Assembly (NCBI RefSeq): GCF_964355755.1
Contig: NC_092679.1
Coordinates: 1,890,201-1,954,200 of the forward strand
DNA from: Antedon mediterranea
Lineage: Eukaryota > Animalia > Echinodermata
Length of the DNA: 64,000 bases
Direction: 5' to 3'
Shown: one piece after another, positions 1-13,200 of the stretch
Layout of the letters: every line of letters begins with the position of its first letter
Position numbering within the stretch: the first letter of the stretch is position 1
The notes under the pieces: model-generated
Databases searched by the model: none
Told to the model about the DNA's origin: nothing
What the model saw: the letters and a program-made list of their open reading frames with translations, nothing else
Made by a program: the position numbers and the translations under genes

Positions 1-22
1 TTGGCTTCTCTAACCAGATTTC

Positions 23-3000
23 TTAAAGCTTGGCAGCCTGGACTAGCTTCCCATTGGTTATCGGCTTCTCCCGCAATGTGTGCGGCACTTGAATAATTTC
101 GGCTAAAAATCAGAAACAAAGAATATAATATATTACTTATTTGAAAATGTGTAACATATCTAAATGATGCATGTAGTTGTAGAGGACATTGTTCAGTATG
201 TTCTAAAAATGTAATAGAGACAATAAAACGGTCACTTTGTTAAGATCATGTTATATATTTGAGCTGCAAATGGTATTGCAAAATTTGATACTACAGAATA
301 ACTTATGAATATTCATTAATGGCCATAACGACACCTATTTACTATGAATAGGGTGTCTCTTTATGTAGGCATATCCATTGAATTTATGTAAATAGGTGAC
401 ATTATGGCCATTAATGAATATTCATAGGTTATATTCTCTAGATGCACAACTATGTTAGAGGGGGTGTATGTTTCAGCTGTAAATTAAATTCAAAAACAGC
501 AACAATATTGTGTTTAGATAAAGATCTGTGAATATGTAGGTTACAGTGGCATAATAATGCAAGCAACAGATGTAAAGTAAATCAAGTCATGTTCCTACAC
601 ACTCTCAACCAATCCACTTTCGTTAATATTCCTAGACTGATTTGTTCATCTTGGTACATTGACTTGTCAGTCTCGTGGGAAATTCAACACCTCGTTGTTA
701 TACTTTAATGATCATTCTAACCTACTTATTACAACAATCAATTTCTAGTCTGAATTAGAATGTTCTTAGTTTAGTATTTTAACCTATTTAGCCCTGTTTT
801 TTCGTTCATATGTCAAACTCCTTATTATATTAACTGTGACATAGAATTTTCAGATGGTTAAAAGTTTAAATTACTTAACTGCATGGCAAAATGCTTCTGC
901 ATGTTTATATATATGTTTATATTTCAAAAACATGTTTTTATGTATTATCATCCTGAATTTGCAAATAGACCATGCCCATTGATTGATCAGTTTCTGTGCG
1001 TTACATTGTTGGTTTGAAATTTGAATTCTTGTGAAAGTAAGCCTACCTATTTTGTTAGATATTCCAGTTAGTGCAGATTGATTTGCTGTTAACACTTTCT
1101 TGTTTCTGAAATGAAAAGTATTTAGATACCTGAGTGATTGGCGAAACTCTCCGAGATGTACTTCGTATATAGTACAAAAACAGCCAAAATTTAATTACAA
1201 TTTTCGCAAGTAGTTTAATAACACCGCTAATGCTCAGACATCAAGGCAACTTGGGAGCATAGGGAGCATATCAAAACGTGAAGTACCAAGTGTAAATTCA
1301 ACCTGTATGGCCCACCTTACCATTAGCCATCCCATCAACTGAACAGCTAGCACCAGTACATTATAGACACTATGGTTTAATGCAAAGAGATGTCTCGCTT
1401 GTGGACATACGCTTAAAAGACCAACAGCATGGGACAGTAAAACGTATGAAGCTAAGAATTCAAACCACTAGCTGCATCTACTAGTCTCTATATAAATTAA
1501 TGTAGTTAAAATGTGATGAAGTTTTTATTCAACCCTATGACACCTATCAGATCTACATTGATTTCACATACTTATTATTGACAAGACCGCCAAGTTGTAT
1601 GCAAGTCTTGACAGCATTTTCTAACACGTTCAAAGACAGGATGTCATACTCGAACAGGTCACCTGCAAAAAAACAAACAAATGTAATGTAAGTTTTCTAA
1701 CTGTGTATTCACCACAGCTAGAGCCAACAATGAAAAATTGAAGAAGATGCATGGCTTGGTTTCAAATCAAAATTTTCAATGAAGGAAACCTGTTTGTATA
1801 ACATAAGGTGAGTCCCGTGTTCTCTGAACGTAGGGGAATGAGCTGTTAGGAGCTCATTGTACTAAGCCTCGGCATTATGTGGTAGGGTGGCCAGTTCCTT
1901 TCCACGCCGCCTTTTTTCTCCCTAGTATTTTCAACCAGGTACTCATTTTACAGCTGAGTGGACTGGGAGTTGTCGGGTATTGAACCCGGGTCTATCTGTA
2001 CGACAGTCAAGTGTCCTAACCATTCGGCTATCCAACTCCCCTTGTATAACATACCTTCTGCTATTCTGCAAGCTACTGTGTCCTGGATGTCACGTGCAAG
2101 GTTGTTGGTCGTAGAAATCTCTTCATTGGGATTTAAGCTTAGTGTGTACTGGCAGGCAAACTGAAAACATTAATTTATTGATAATAAAATGATACAGTCG
2201 ACTCTCCCAATAACAGACTCTATGAAAACCAGAAACTCTCCCAATACTGGACTCTCTGAAAACCAGAAACTCTCACAATACCAGACTTTCCAGGAAAAAA
2301 CAGATATTTGGCCAGCCCAAAGGTGTCCAGTATTGGGAGAGTTGACTGTATATACACTTTCCTTCCCTGAATTTATTGATTAATACATTTAAAAATGATT
2401 TAAATCATAATTCATCATTTATTCTCTTTGCCCTGTACTTGATTTGGCTCTTTTAACCCAATATCACAACAGCTTACTACAAACCAAAAACATTCATCTT
2501 GCTCTTTAGTTGCTGATAGAATATGCATATTGGAAAGCCATGGTTGATGGGCAACACGTATAAAAGGAATGGGAAGAAGAGAAATCCGCTAGACAGATGA
2601 GAAGAAGTACTGACCCAGTAGCCAAGAACAAATGGATGGAACATCTTCTGTAAAAACTGCATCAATGTGGTCCCCTGCGTTGTTAATGAGATGTTGTCAT
2701 CTGAAATTACTAGATAATATGAAGCTTCCAACTTCCGTAAAATTGCATCAAAATCCTGCAAGAAAAGGAAAAAACATGATGCGGGCTGCAGCTATTATTG
2801 GCATCTTTTTTTAGTCTATATTTTTAGTTGTGTGCCACGCGACTCTACAGCTCACTATGTAGGTCGGTCGGTAAACACTAACTTGAGCATGCGACTGCAG
2901 CCATATATATGGCCTTGTTTTTTTTAATTGCATTTACCTGTACCAAGGTGCGAGGGTGAAATATAAATTCTTTGGACATCAAATTCACTAAGAACCTGTA

Positions 3001-6000
3001 TCGTGACATCATGATATCTGTAAAACGAAACAAAGATTTATTATTTTAAGTACAGTATTGGGTAGAAGGTGGGGCCCAGCCATATACCCCCCTCCTCCCA
3101 CTGTGTACAGTAGTACTTTGATGACCAATTTGAGCAAAGCTGATTGCAAAGTATTCTTTTACACAAAATACACATATAATATAGCAATTGGGACAGCACA
3201 TTTGAAATGCTCAGTTAGTATCCAAACGCCTAATTAGAAACTGCTTGATAACGATATCAATTTCTTTCTTAATCACCTTTGTTTAGTGTCGGTTGCTTTG
3301 CAAAAGTCAGTGCAATCATAGCTGCTTGCTTCAACATTGGTGTCAACTGGTTTCTATAGCTACCCAAAAGGATGTGGGTCGTTGCTATGGTCATGACCTC
3401 TTCTTTCGTCATGGCAACTGTTGGATGGGATTCTCCTGGTGCAGTCCATGTGGAGGCGCTGTTGATATAGACACGGTTGTTCTTTGATACCGATGCAGCA
3501 GTGTGATGGACAGCAAGACTTGCTTTTACAACTGATAATGTACTTTTAGTGACTAAAAAAACCCAAATATTTTAATTACTATTTACTGTTATATATTACA
3601 GTGTTAATCCTGCACAGTAGTTTATTTTTATCCCTTTTCACAACCATACTCATATTTCCCACCCCACACAGTTCCCCTCTATATCTTTCCCCTTCATCCT
3701 TTATCTAAATATCTGTCTACACTATCCAACTTTATGGAACAAAAAATGTGCCCATATATGGAACCCAACATAAAAGCAATCAACCAGACATATATATTCT
3801 AAACCTTTATCTTTATCTACCTGGCCATTTGACATTGCCTCCTAAGTTTACAAAAATATCTTTGAGCCATTCAACTCTCTTGCACAAGTATTCAAGTGGA
3901 ATGCCACCTGGTGACTGGAGTAGGAGACTAGCAATGAGCACCCATGGTGATATCACCAGCGTCTTCTGTTGCTCAAGTAGAACGGTGTACGCAAGCTCGA
4001 AGATGAATCTTTGGTCGGACTTGGTCAAGGAAAATAAAAACCTGAAATTAAAATTAAAGAACGTGATGACAGATGAAGAGAAAACCCTCAAATGATATTG
4101 TATGTCCGAGGTATGGTTTATTCAATTCAATATATTTGATTAAAGCAAAAAGATTGATAAAATTCCAGCCCTATCTAAACTATCATGAATACCTGGGTGC
4201 TAAACTATAAGCTGCTCGGTCCACATGTCCCTCGCACAATCTACGAATTGAGATAGGCTCGCCAAAGTTGATGTAGATGCTTCCATAGTCATCCTCAAAT
4301 ATGCTACGAGCTTTTATTAGACCCTAAAAAAAATTGAGACTTATAAATTTGTCAAACAATTGGTGATAAATGAACACCAGGCTTGTATGACTGTAAGATT
4401 AGAGCATACATGATAATGTATTTTTGAATGTGTTTCTGGGTTTGTAAATGTTACAGTAACTAGCCCAGTAAGCCATTATTTAAAAACTGCTACTGTAGTA
4501 ATTAGCCCAGTGGGCTACTTGTACACACTAGTACTGCAGTAATTAGCTCAGTGGGCTACTTGCACACACTGGTACTGCAGTAACTAGCCCAGTGGGCTAC
4601 GTGAGCACACTGGTACTGCAGTAATAGATTCTTACAGATGTGGATTCCTTGGGTTTTGGTATTCCTAACATCTCTCTGGCATACAAGGTTTCCTCAAGGA
4701 TTCTCTCGTAGCTTACTCCGATGGGTATTAAGCTGATATCAGAAACTTTGCCTTTCAGGAATGGCTCCAAGACAACTGACAATAAGCCTTCAAAAAAAGG
4801 AGGAAAAAAACATGCTTAGGCCCGAAGGGTACTCTTAATGCAGGTTTGACTGTACTAGGAAAGTTTGTCAGATAATAATATTCAGTCAGTTAATTTGTCA
4901 TTAATATATTATTTAACTTACTTAACTTTAACTTATTTTAAGGTATTTTATGCTGTTATTGAGGAAGACAACAATAACAGCATAAAATACCTTAAAATAA
5001 CAAAAAAAAAATAATAATACCTTTCAAATTATTTTATTTATTTTTTGACAATAAAGTTATCTTGAATCTTGAATTATAAACCAAAAAACAAACCTAGTTT
5101 TGGTGGTAGTGATTTCCCGGTACGACTTCTTGTCCCTTCCAAGAAGAACTCCAAAGGTGCCTCTCCATTAACAATCAACCTCTGCACATACTCCGTAAAC
5201 ACCGCCCAGTACAGCTTGTCCAAACCAAAACTACGGCGTATGTAGAAAGCACCAGCCCATCGTAGGACATTATTTATGAATTTCATTGCCATGAAATCTA
5301 AGAGAAAGTAAAATAGTTTGTAATAAAGATAATATCTTTGAATTTAAAGGTATGAATACAACAATTAAAGATGTGTCTACGCTATCAAACTTTATGTGAT
5401 GTGCCTATATATGGACATATTTGGGCATATCACTACCATATTTGAGTACATCACACTTTTTTTTGTCAAACTAGTTTGATAGTGTAGACAGAGCTTAAGT
5501 CGGTACTTACCTGCTCCAGCTGCTATTCTTGGTAGAGGAAGGTTGTAGTGATAGAGTATGTAAGACATCAACAAGAAATCATTGTAACTTCTGTGTGAAG
5601 GCAATAATACTACCGGCGTCTCCTTCATAGTTTTCCGTAACTGGGAGGAGAAAAAAGGAAAAACATTTATTTCTCCTACTTTTCACTGTGTGAATGATGA
5701 GGATGAGGATGACAATGATGTTGAGGAAGATGAAAATGAGGACAGTGATGAGAAAGAAAACAGCTATGAGGAAGATGATGGAGATTACGATATAAAAACA
5801 ATTTTATTATTTATTTTATTATTATTTTATTCAACCATATTTCAAGAGGGTAACCCAGCCAGCGGAAGCTGATTTTGAGGGGCCCTCAACAATACAAGTG
5901 ACATAAAAACATTACAAGTTAAAAATTGTGATATTGCAATGATGATAAAAAGACTTCACAACCTTGATATTAAACCAGAATACTACTTACCTTTTCAATA

Positions 6001-6479
6001 CCTGCTCTGTTGACATATATATGTTGATACAAATTTCTGTAGATTTTTGGGAATAAATAACCGAGTACACGGATGTTAGACATCTGGAAGTTATGCGCCA
6101 TCTCTTGTAGGATGTTGGACGCCTCCTTTGACAAGTCTTCTTTCGTAACATCCTGTCCCTTTGACAACTGCAAAAAGGTAAAATATGCCATGGTATGTTT
6201 CTTTAATTAAATTATCTGTTAATAAAGATATATAATATATACATGAGCTCTGATGAAATCATTTTTGCCTTTGGTTTTACAGTATATACACAATACCTCT
6301 TCTATTGTGTGCCTAATTCTTTGTGATTGCAAGACATCTCCGATGACCTGCGGCCTTGTTTGCTCCGCTAGGTATTTGTATTCTGGTACATTTTCTCGTG
6401 ACCTTGTTGCAAATCGTAAATCGGACGAATGTCTTCGTGGTTCTAGAATATCTTCAAATACTAAATCATATGCAGCCAT
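23..6479 (-). CDS. GNPAT: Dihydroxyacetone-phosphate acyltransferase (glyceronephosphate O-acyltransferase), peroxisomal; 14 coding exons, 676 aa
   Basis: Manually spliced GT-AG exons (minus): 6479-6297, 6167-5991, 5640-5511, 5297-5094, 4787-4636, 4323-4193, 4041-3821, 3552-3277, 3017-2938, 2755-2615, 2160-2055, 1662-1572, 1105-1047, 102-23. Total 2031 nt with consistent phases. Acyltransferase motifs HRSYND (HxxxxD), [19 protein letters not shown] and IPIGVSYE; PKPKES; C-terminus ...VQAAKL* is a PTS1, which distinguishes it from mitochondrial GPAT. Confidence 0.96.
298..432. mobile_element. Short palindromic element (MITE-like hairpin) in the last GNPAT intron
   Basis: About 45-bp near-perfect inverted repeat ATAACTTATGAATATTCATTAATGGCCATAACGACACCTATTTAC ... 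GTAAATAGGTGACATTATGGCCATTAATGAATATTCATAGGTTAT. Confidence 0.65.
1806..2041 (-). mobile_element. Full-length tRNA-derived SINE with 12-bp TSD
   Basis: Minus strand begins GGGGAGTTGGA, then A box TAGCCGAATGG, B box GGGTTCAATACC and a CCACTCAGCTGTAAAATGAGTACCTGG core. Flanked by the direct repeat TTGTATAACATA (1794-1805 and 2042-2053). Confidence 0.88.
2195..2348. mobile_element. Tc1/mariner-type MITE
   Basis: TA|CAGTCGACTCTCCCAATA ... TATTGGGAGAGTTGACTG|TA: TIR with TA target duplication and internal direct repeats. A related copy lies at 10924-11005. Confidence 0.8.
4497..4624. repeat. 41-bp tandem repeat (about 3 copies), each unit with a TAGCCCAGTGGGCTA hairpin
   Basis: AGC(C/T)CAGTGGGCTAC recurs at 4504, 4545 and 4586. 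Confidence 0.85.
5369..5495. mobile_element. MITE family A (PIF/Harbinger-like, TIR AGCTCTGTCTACACTATCAAACT)
   Basis: TIR-bounded ~130-bp copy flanked by TAA on both sides; same internal CATATCACTACCATATTTG motif as the other copies. Confidence 0.8.
5692..5790 (+). repeat. Degenerate GAT/GAG trinucleotide low-complexity tract
   Basis: gatgaggatgaggatgacaatgatgttgaggaagatgaa...; lies in a GNPAT intron. Confidence 0.7.
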
Positions 6480-7064
6480 ATCTGATTGATATTTAAAAAA
6501 ACAAAAAAGTGAATAGATAGTGTTGCACTTATATCTCCTGCCACACCCACCACCTTACTTACCATACCACTACCCTAGGCCTAATCTACCTAACACCTGA
6601 GCACTGTCATCGCACATCATAGCCCCGTGCCACACATGCGACGATTGGTGTTATCTTACCGTCTAGGCCTAGATTTATTAAATCAATGCAATTTTTTTAT
6701 AATGCAAACTGTATATTATATTGTTATAATTAAAGCATATGCAACAAATAAATTAGCTACCTAAGCCTAATCCTTGCTTTTTGCAAGGTAAAAAGGTAAG
6801 GCCTTCTGTGTTGAAGGTGTGATCAAAAAGGAGAGTTCTAAGCCCTTTACATTGGATCTGTTTTGAGAGCAGATCGTACGAGAATAATTCATTTTGGAGT
6901 AATCATATCTTTAAAGAATTCATTTTTTTATACTTTTTAATAAAAATAAACACATTTTTTTATGATAAAGAATACACAAAACTTATTTTTGTTTGTTAAG
7001 TTATTGTTCTATTACTAAATATGTAAATAAAATGTGAAATTATAATTTTTTCTAATGGTATTAC

Positions 7065-7231
7065 CTGTACCAAAAATAGAACATTCTGTGACTGTAAAAC
7101 GGAGCCGCTAGAAAAACAAAACAACCGGCTTCACGCTCTATTGGTTACAGCATACTATGTGTGTAGTTCGTGTATTATTTTTTGCAAAATTTATGTGGAA
7201 AAGGCGAGAAATTGTCAAATACTTGAAAAGA
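7065..7231. promoter_or_regulatory. Compact bidirectional promoter and 5' UTR exon of GNPAT
   Basis: Minus-strand donor CAG|GTAAT at 7065/7064 and an acceptor 2 nt before the GNPAT ATG (6481). Central ATTGG (CCAAT box) at 7140-7144 with local CpGs. The plus-strand gene ATG is at 7232. Confidence 0.6.
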
Positions 7232-10200
7232 ATGAAACTTAGAATATATTTAATTATATTGCTTACTTTAGTATTAGCAGTAATCGTAATTCATGCAAAG
7301 AAAAAGAACCAAATACAGGTGAATCTTCAGGTTGTTTAGAATAGGCTAGCCTATGTGGATCAAAAGGGTTAGTGATGATCACCAGAATAATCGATTTCAT
7401 CCCATTAAAATAATAGTGCAGCTGGTGAGGAGATCATTTGGCCTAGCAGCGTGTGAATTGCATGGCTTTAGATATTAATGTTATTAATAGATTATGCTAC
7501 TTTGACGGTATTATTTTATGCTGTAAGGAAATGCTAGAAAGTAGAATATCCAAAATTACAATTTAATAATCTATGTAATAATATAAATAAATCCATACCT
7601 CCCATTTTATAAGCCGAAATTAATAAATATCTCCAACATCTCCATTAAAAAAAATGATTCAGTTTAGCGCAGTAACAATAAATCATATGGTCATTATTAT
7701 TTTATAAATTGTTACTTTTCCACAGAAAGCATCTCTTCAACTTCTTGAAAAAGAAACTAAGAAATTAAATTTAGATGAGTGTCAATCAGTTCAACAACAA
7801 GTAATTTCAAAACTCAGAATAACTGGAAAGGTGTGTACATATTTCATAGCTGCCATTGTGTTCACACTGTAGTTGTAGTTTAAAGTTGAGAAATGCATTC
7901 ACACTGTTCCAAAATTTATTTTGAGAAATTCAGATTTTTGGATTGTAGCAAAAATTGTTTTCCAGCAGTCTGAGGAGACATGGTCACCAGTTCATTCTGT
8001 CTGTACTGATCCATGTATTTAACATTTATAAATTTTCTGCTGTAAAAATCTAAATTATTTAATTCTTCAACATTTTTTTACAGACTCAAAAAGCTATCAT
8101 ATGTGCTGTCAAGTCTCTAGACAATGATCATGACAACGGTTGGCTATGGTATGTGAACACGCTACAATTCATTTTCTAATAAGTAAAGCTCTGTCTATGT
8201 GACAAACAAATGTGATGTGCCCATATATGGACATGATGATGTCATATCACTACCGTATTTGGGAATATCGGTACCATATTTGGGCACATCACACTTTTTT
8301 TTCAAACTAGTTTGATAGTGTAGACAGAGCTTAAGTATGAGTGGTGTTCAATAGCACTAACTTTTCTGTTGTTTACACTGTATGTTACCTCTGGTAATTT
8401 ATTAATTAATTATTCTTTATTTAGGTCTGAATTAGGAACACTATATAATCTAAATGAGGAGAAATCAAAGGCCACAACATGCTTCAAACAGGCAACCAAA
8501 TTGTCTGGTAAAATTAGTGAATTTGTGCACACTTGGCACTTCATAGGTAAGAAGTCTGGGCAACCATTATTATTGTATATTGGTTTTATGGGTAGTCTAG
8601 ATTAGCCAGTCATGATGTAGGACTCTCTGCTTTTTCATGAAGAATACTACACTTGGTGAAGGCACAAGGCTGTTCCAACTTGAGATCACGCATTGAATAA
8701 GTTTTTATTTCTACGTAGGACCTTTCATAATTGGTAAAGCTGAAGTTGATGGAGATCCTGTTGAATATTTTGGAGGAATTCATAATGTATCTAGAAAAAG
8801 ATTTAATAAGAAAGTGCGATTTTACTCCGAACTCACTTCTGGTGGTGAGATCAAATGGAAAAAGTTTGATCAAAGGGTAAGATTTCAAAATATAAAATAA
8901 GATTGAAAATCCACAATTTAATGAAAGGTAGGAAAGGGAAAATAAGAGCAACTTGTTTATGTTTATACAGGCAGAGTCAGATCCTGTTCAGATTTCACCA
9001 GATGTAAATTGGAATGAGTTAATATCATCCATGGGGTCATTAGCAATTACAGAATGGCAGGTAAATATATATAAAGGTATCCAGTATCATAAGCAGAATC
9101 CAGGATACAGCATCATATGTAAAACACCTGTAAAGCCTATGTATTTTATACACTAGAATAAATAACCATGTCCATGATACAGGCATCACATGTGATACAC
9201 ATGAGATGGTGTATTACAGATTTTGCCTATTATACTGGACAAACATTGTCATGTGATAAGAAATACAGCACTGATTCAAAATACAGTTACTCCAAAAAGA
9301 GTATATTTTAAAGACAGAAAATGACAAAAATTGTGTTATTTAAATTTTTTAAAGGGATGGGCAGTTGGCGAATTTTCTGTCAACAACAAAGATGAAGATG
9401 TTCTCATCCAATGCCATGGTTTGTATCTAATATTTTGACTTATAGTTTTCATTTTATTTTTCATACTTTTTATAACATTATTATTGTTATTAATGCACAA
9501 TACATTATAGAAGATTTCAAGTTAATATAATATTATAGCAGACTGACAACAAATCAATATTTGAAATTAACCATTTTTATTACCACATAAATGCCAGCTT
9601 AAACCACGGATCCACCTGTCAATAACTTAATACATATTTTTTATAAAGACACCTGCAGACTACTAAGTTAAACTAATTTTATTTTATTCATGATGTAATG
9701 AATTGCTTTGTATGTGTGACTTGAATTATTTTAAATAATGTAGAATAGAATTATTGTTTTTATTAATTACATTTTGTTCATCATTTTCAGGAGTTTCCCA
9801 TCTTCTTGTTGATGATGTCATCATTACTGGAGACGTCTATAGAAGATCTGAATATTGGTGCGTTATAAAAAGTTAAATAAAAATAATGATACATATTTTA
9901 TTTTATGTCTTTAGGCAATGTGGCCAATGATTACCAATTGTAAATGAATCACTGTCCTATCAGATAGGTGGTAATCTCCCTGATACAGGGGCTATTTTGT
10001 GAACCACTTGGGTAACCCCTTACTTGTCTCGAATAATGTACTGGGTTCTTTAAAGTGCACATGGGTTATAATTGTGTACACTGGACCTACGGTTTGTAGT
10101 CCTTATCTGGGAAGACTTGTTCCACCACCACAACCCTTGCCGATATTGTTGGCTCTTTAGGTACGGTAAATGGCGCCTCTTAACCACCAATTTGACTTGT

Positions 10201-13200
10201 TATTTAAGTACAATTTATTTATTACATTGTCTGTACTCATAATGTTTCAATGTTGTTTTTTTAAATTTTATTTTTAGGTTTGGTATACAGCTTACTCTTG
10301 GAGTGCACTCACTGTACATACCTTTGAGGTCTAAAGGCCCCATAACATTTCAATGCCGACTCAAATTAGCAGGTAAGCCTACAAATATGTTATATTAATA
10401 TTAATATAACTGTCAGTTCATCAATATTTGAAATTGCTGGATTGTTGTTAACAGAAAGATTTAACAGATTATTTATAATTGTTTTAAATAAGGAGCACAG
10501 AAGTTCACCGTTCATAAACCAACTATGCTACCAGATTTAGTTGACGGTCATGTTCTTGGAGATATGTTAGCGATTCCAGTTACAAATTTACAAACAAGAA
10601 AATGGCTTAAGAAAATCAAGTAAACCAATCTTATTTCATTTTGATTTTTATAATTGAACTCTATTGGCCTTCTTGAATATATCATTCATAAAGTGAAGGT
10701 AGCTAATTTGCATAACATCTTATTTTCGTATAGAATATCTATAAGTGAGCAGTATACAGGTGTTCCAATTGAATTAGTGCAAGAACCACCTGTAAATATA
10801 GCACCTGGACAGACTATGCCAGTTAAATTAAAATTTAAAGAAGTGGATCTAGGGTCTGATCAAAAACGAGAATGTAAAGAAATCAGGTGATGTATAAGTT
10901 TGATATTTAAGATTTTCAGATGGCAGTCAACTCTCCTAATACTAGACTCTCTGGAAACCAGAAACACTCCCGATACCAGACTTTTCTTGAGGACTGAAAG
11001 TGTCCGGAATTGTGAGAGTTGTCTGTTAAATAATTATTTATGCCATCTGCATCTCCTATAAAAACCCCTGTAGGTAACCCCCTCTTCTCCGCTGTAGCTG
11101 CAAAGAACATTAAACAGTACAGTACTACAAAATATAACTCTAATGTCAGAATTTTCTGCAATTACCTTGTCTGAACTAGCTATAGAACAGTCCACTTTCT
11201 CATAAAATAATGTGGTTTTTTTTTCTTCTATAACAGCTTCAAGTTAACAGTTACATCAGTAGAAGGCATTAGTGAACATGTGACTATCAACTTGAGGTGT
11301 CGACACTTGCAACAATCGTTCATCTTCACATTCTTAGATCACGATGGATCGGTAAGTGACATCTTTTACATATTTACATTATGCCATAGAGGAATATCAA
11401 TTTTGTTTAAAGAAAGGAAAAGAACTATGTTTTGACCAGGATGTTTTCTTTATAGGTACAGCATGCAGCATCAATTAGTCCAACCAAAGACTGCCCTCAA
11501 GGTGTCTGTCCTGTTGTCCTAACACTCCATGGAACAGGTATGATTACTTTATATACCTGCCCAAACCAAAATGGTTATTGATACTTTAATCTCCATTACC
11601 CTCTTCGTCCTTAGCAAGTTTTCAGAACACTAGACAAAGAATAAATGTTGAATCGTCCAAATACTATCGCAGTAATGAACTAAAAGGTATATACTCAGCT
11701 TATATGAATGCGCACAGATATTGGTTAAATTTTCTTTTATGTTTTTAGGTGTGCCGGCCCAGAACCAAGCAGATGGCTATAAACGAATGGAGAAAGGTGA
11801 TTGGATATTTGGACTAGACTCTGCTTGGGTTTTGGCCCCTACAAGGTTTGTAATCTTACCACCAGAAGTTTCAAGTTGATTCAAAAACAGAAACTTTCTA
11901 GGCCTGAATTTGTATCAGTATATCTAACATTTTACATTTTCCCCCATCCGTCGTGCCCAAATCTTTAATTGATAATTTACAGCCCAGCTCCTTTATGGGC
12001 TAAATATTTTTAGGTATTATTTCTTTTATTCTTAGGCATGGTGCACACAACTGGGAAGGGCCAGGTATGTTTACTGCAATCACTGCACTATCTAAGCTAC
12101 AACAGGTAATGTCAAACTACAATTGTTACTAGAATCATTTAATCAACTTTATTCTGTTTAGCTGAACAGAAAGAAACTTTTTTTTCCAAATCCAATCATA
12201 TTTATGCGTATTTTTTATGACAGTTAACTAAGAAATCATCGTGGATGAGGAACACAGTGGATGAAAACCGTGTAATCTTCGCAGGTCATTCAATGGGAGG
12301 TCATGGAGCGTGGCATCTAGCGACTCACTACCCAGATCGAGCTCTTGCCGTAGTACCGTTGGCTGCGTGGAATAAGAAGGAAGAGTATGGAGATAGTAAT
12401 GTTTTCTTTAGGTAAAGTGTTAATCTGTTAACATTGATACTGCTAGGCCTAGTAGGCAGCACTGTTATCCTGTGGGACTTTGTAGGCCTAGTAATAGTGT
12501 AGCTCACTCTACTAGGTCAGCGTAGGCAGCTCTGCTATCCTGGGATACTTTGTAGTATTATAAGGCTTATGTTTATAATATGCCCTAGTACATTCTAATC
12601 TTCCTTTCATTTTTTAGACATGATATCAGTGCAAGTGACGTTGACCCAGCTACCAAATCTATTCTTGAGGTAATAGTAAACATTGTATAAAGTTAAACTA
12701 AAATTATTTATATTCTTTTATTTATCTCTTATTTTTATTGTTTTATTTTTACATTCTCTATTCCACAGGCTTGTATCGCTGAAAATGAAGTTGATAGACA
12801 TGTTTCAAATTTACAGGTAAAAATAAATGTTAGTTACTTTCACACAAACAAATTTAAAACTATTAATATCAATACTTATAATTGAACATATCAATAATGT
12901 ATATGTATCATTTGTTTACAGGGTATACCAGTTCTTAGTAGGATTGGTGCAAATGACAGAACTGTTCATCCATTTTTTCTGAGGTATTGTAACTTATTTC
13001 TGCTCTTGTACAAGTTTAACCCTCAGATTTAAGGATACATACACAATGGTTTACTAATAAATGAAATGAATGTAAATTTCCTATGAAGGATGAAATTAAG
13101 TTTATCTGTATCTGAATGTGCTGCTTGTAAACTTCCAATAAATATACAATATGAAAAATTGCATTGTATGGTTTAAAGCTCTGTCTACACTATCAAACTG

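Noticed and set aside
1960-2041. tRNA gene (also 56918-56990 and 62270-62330)
   Set aside because: A/B boxes are present but there is no closed cloverleaf; the 1806-2041 copy continues into a SINE body with a TSD.
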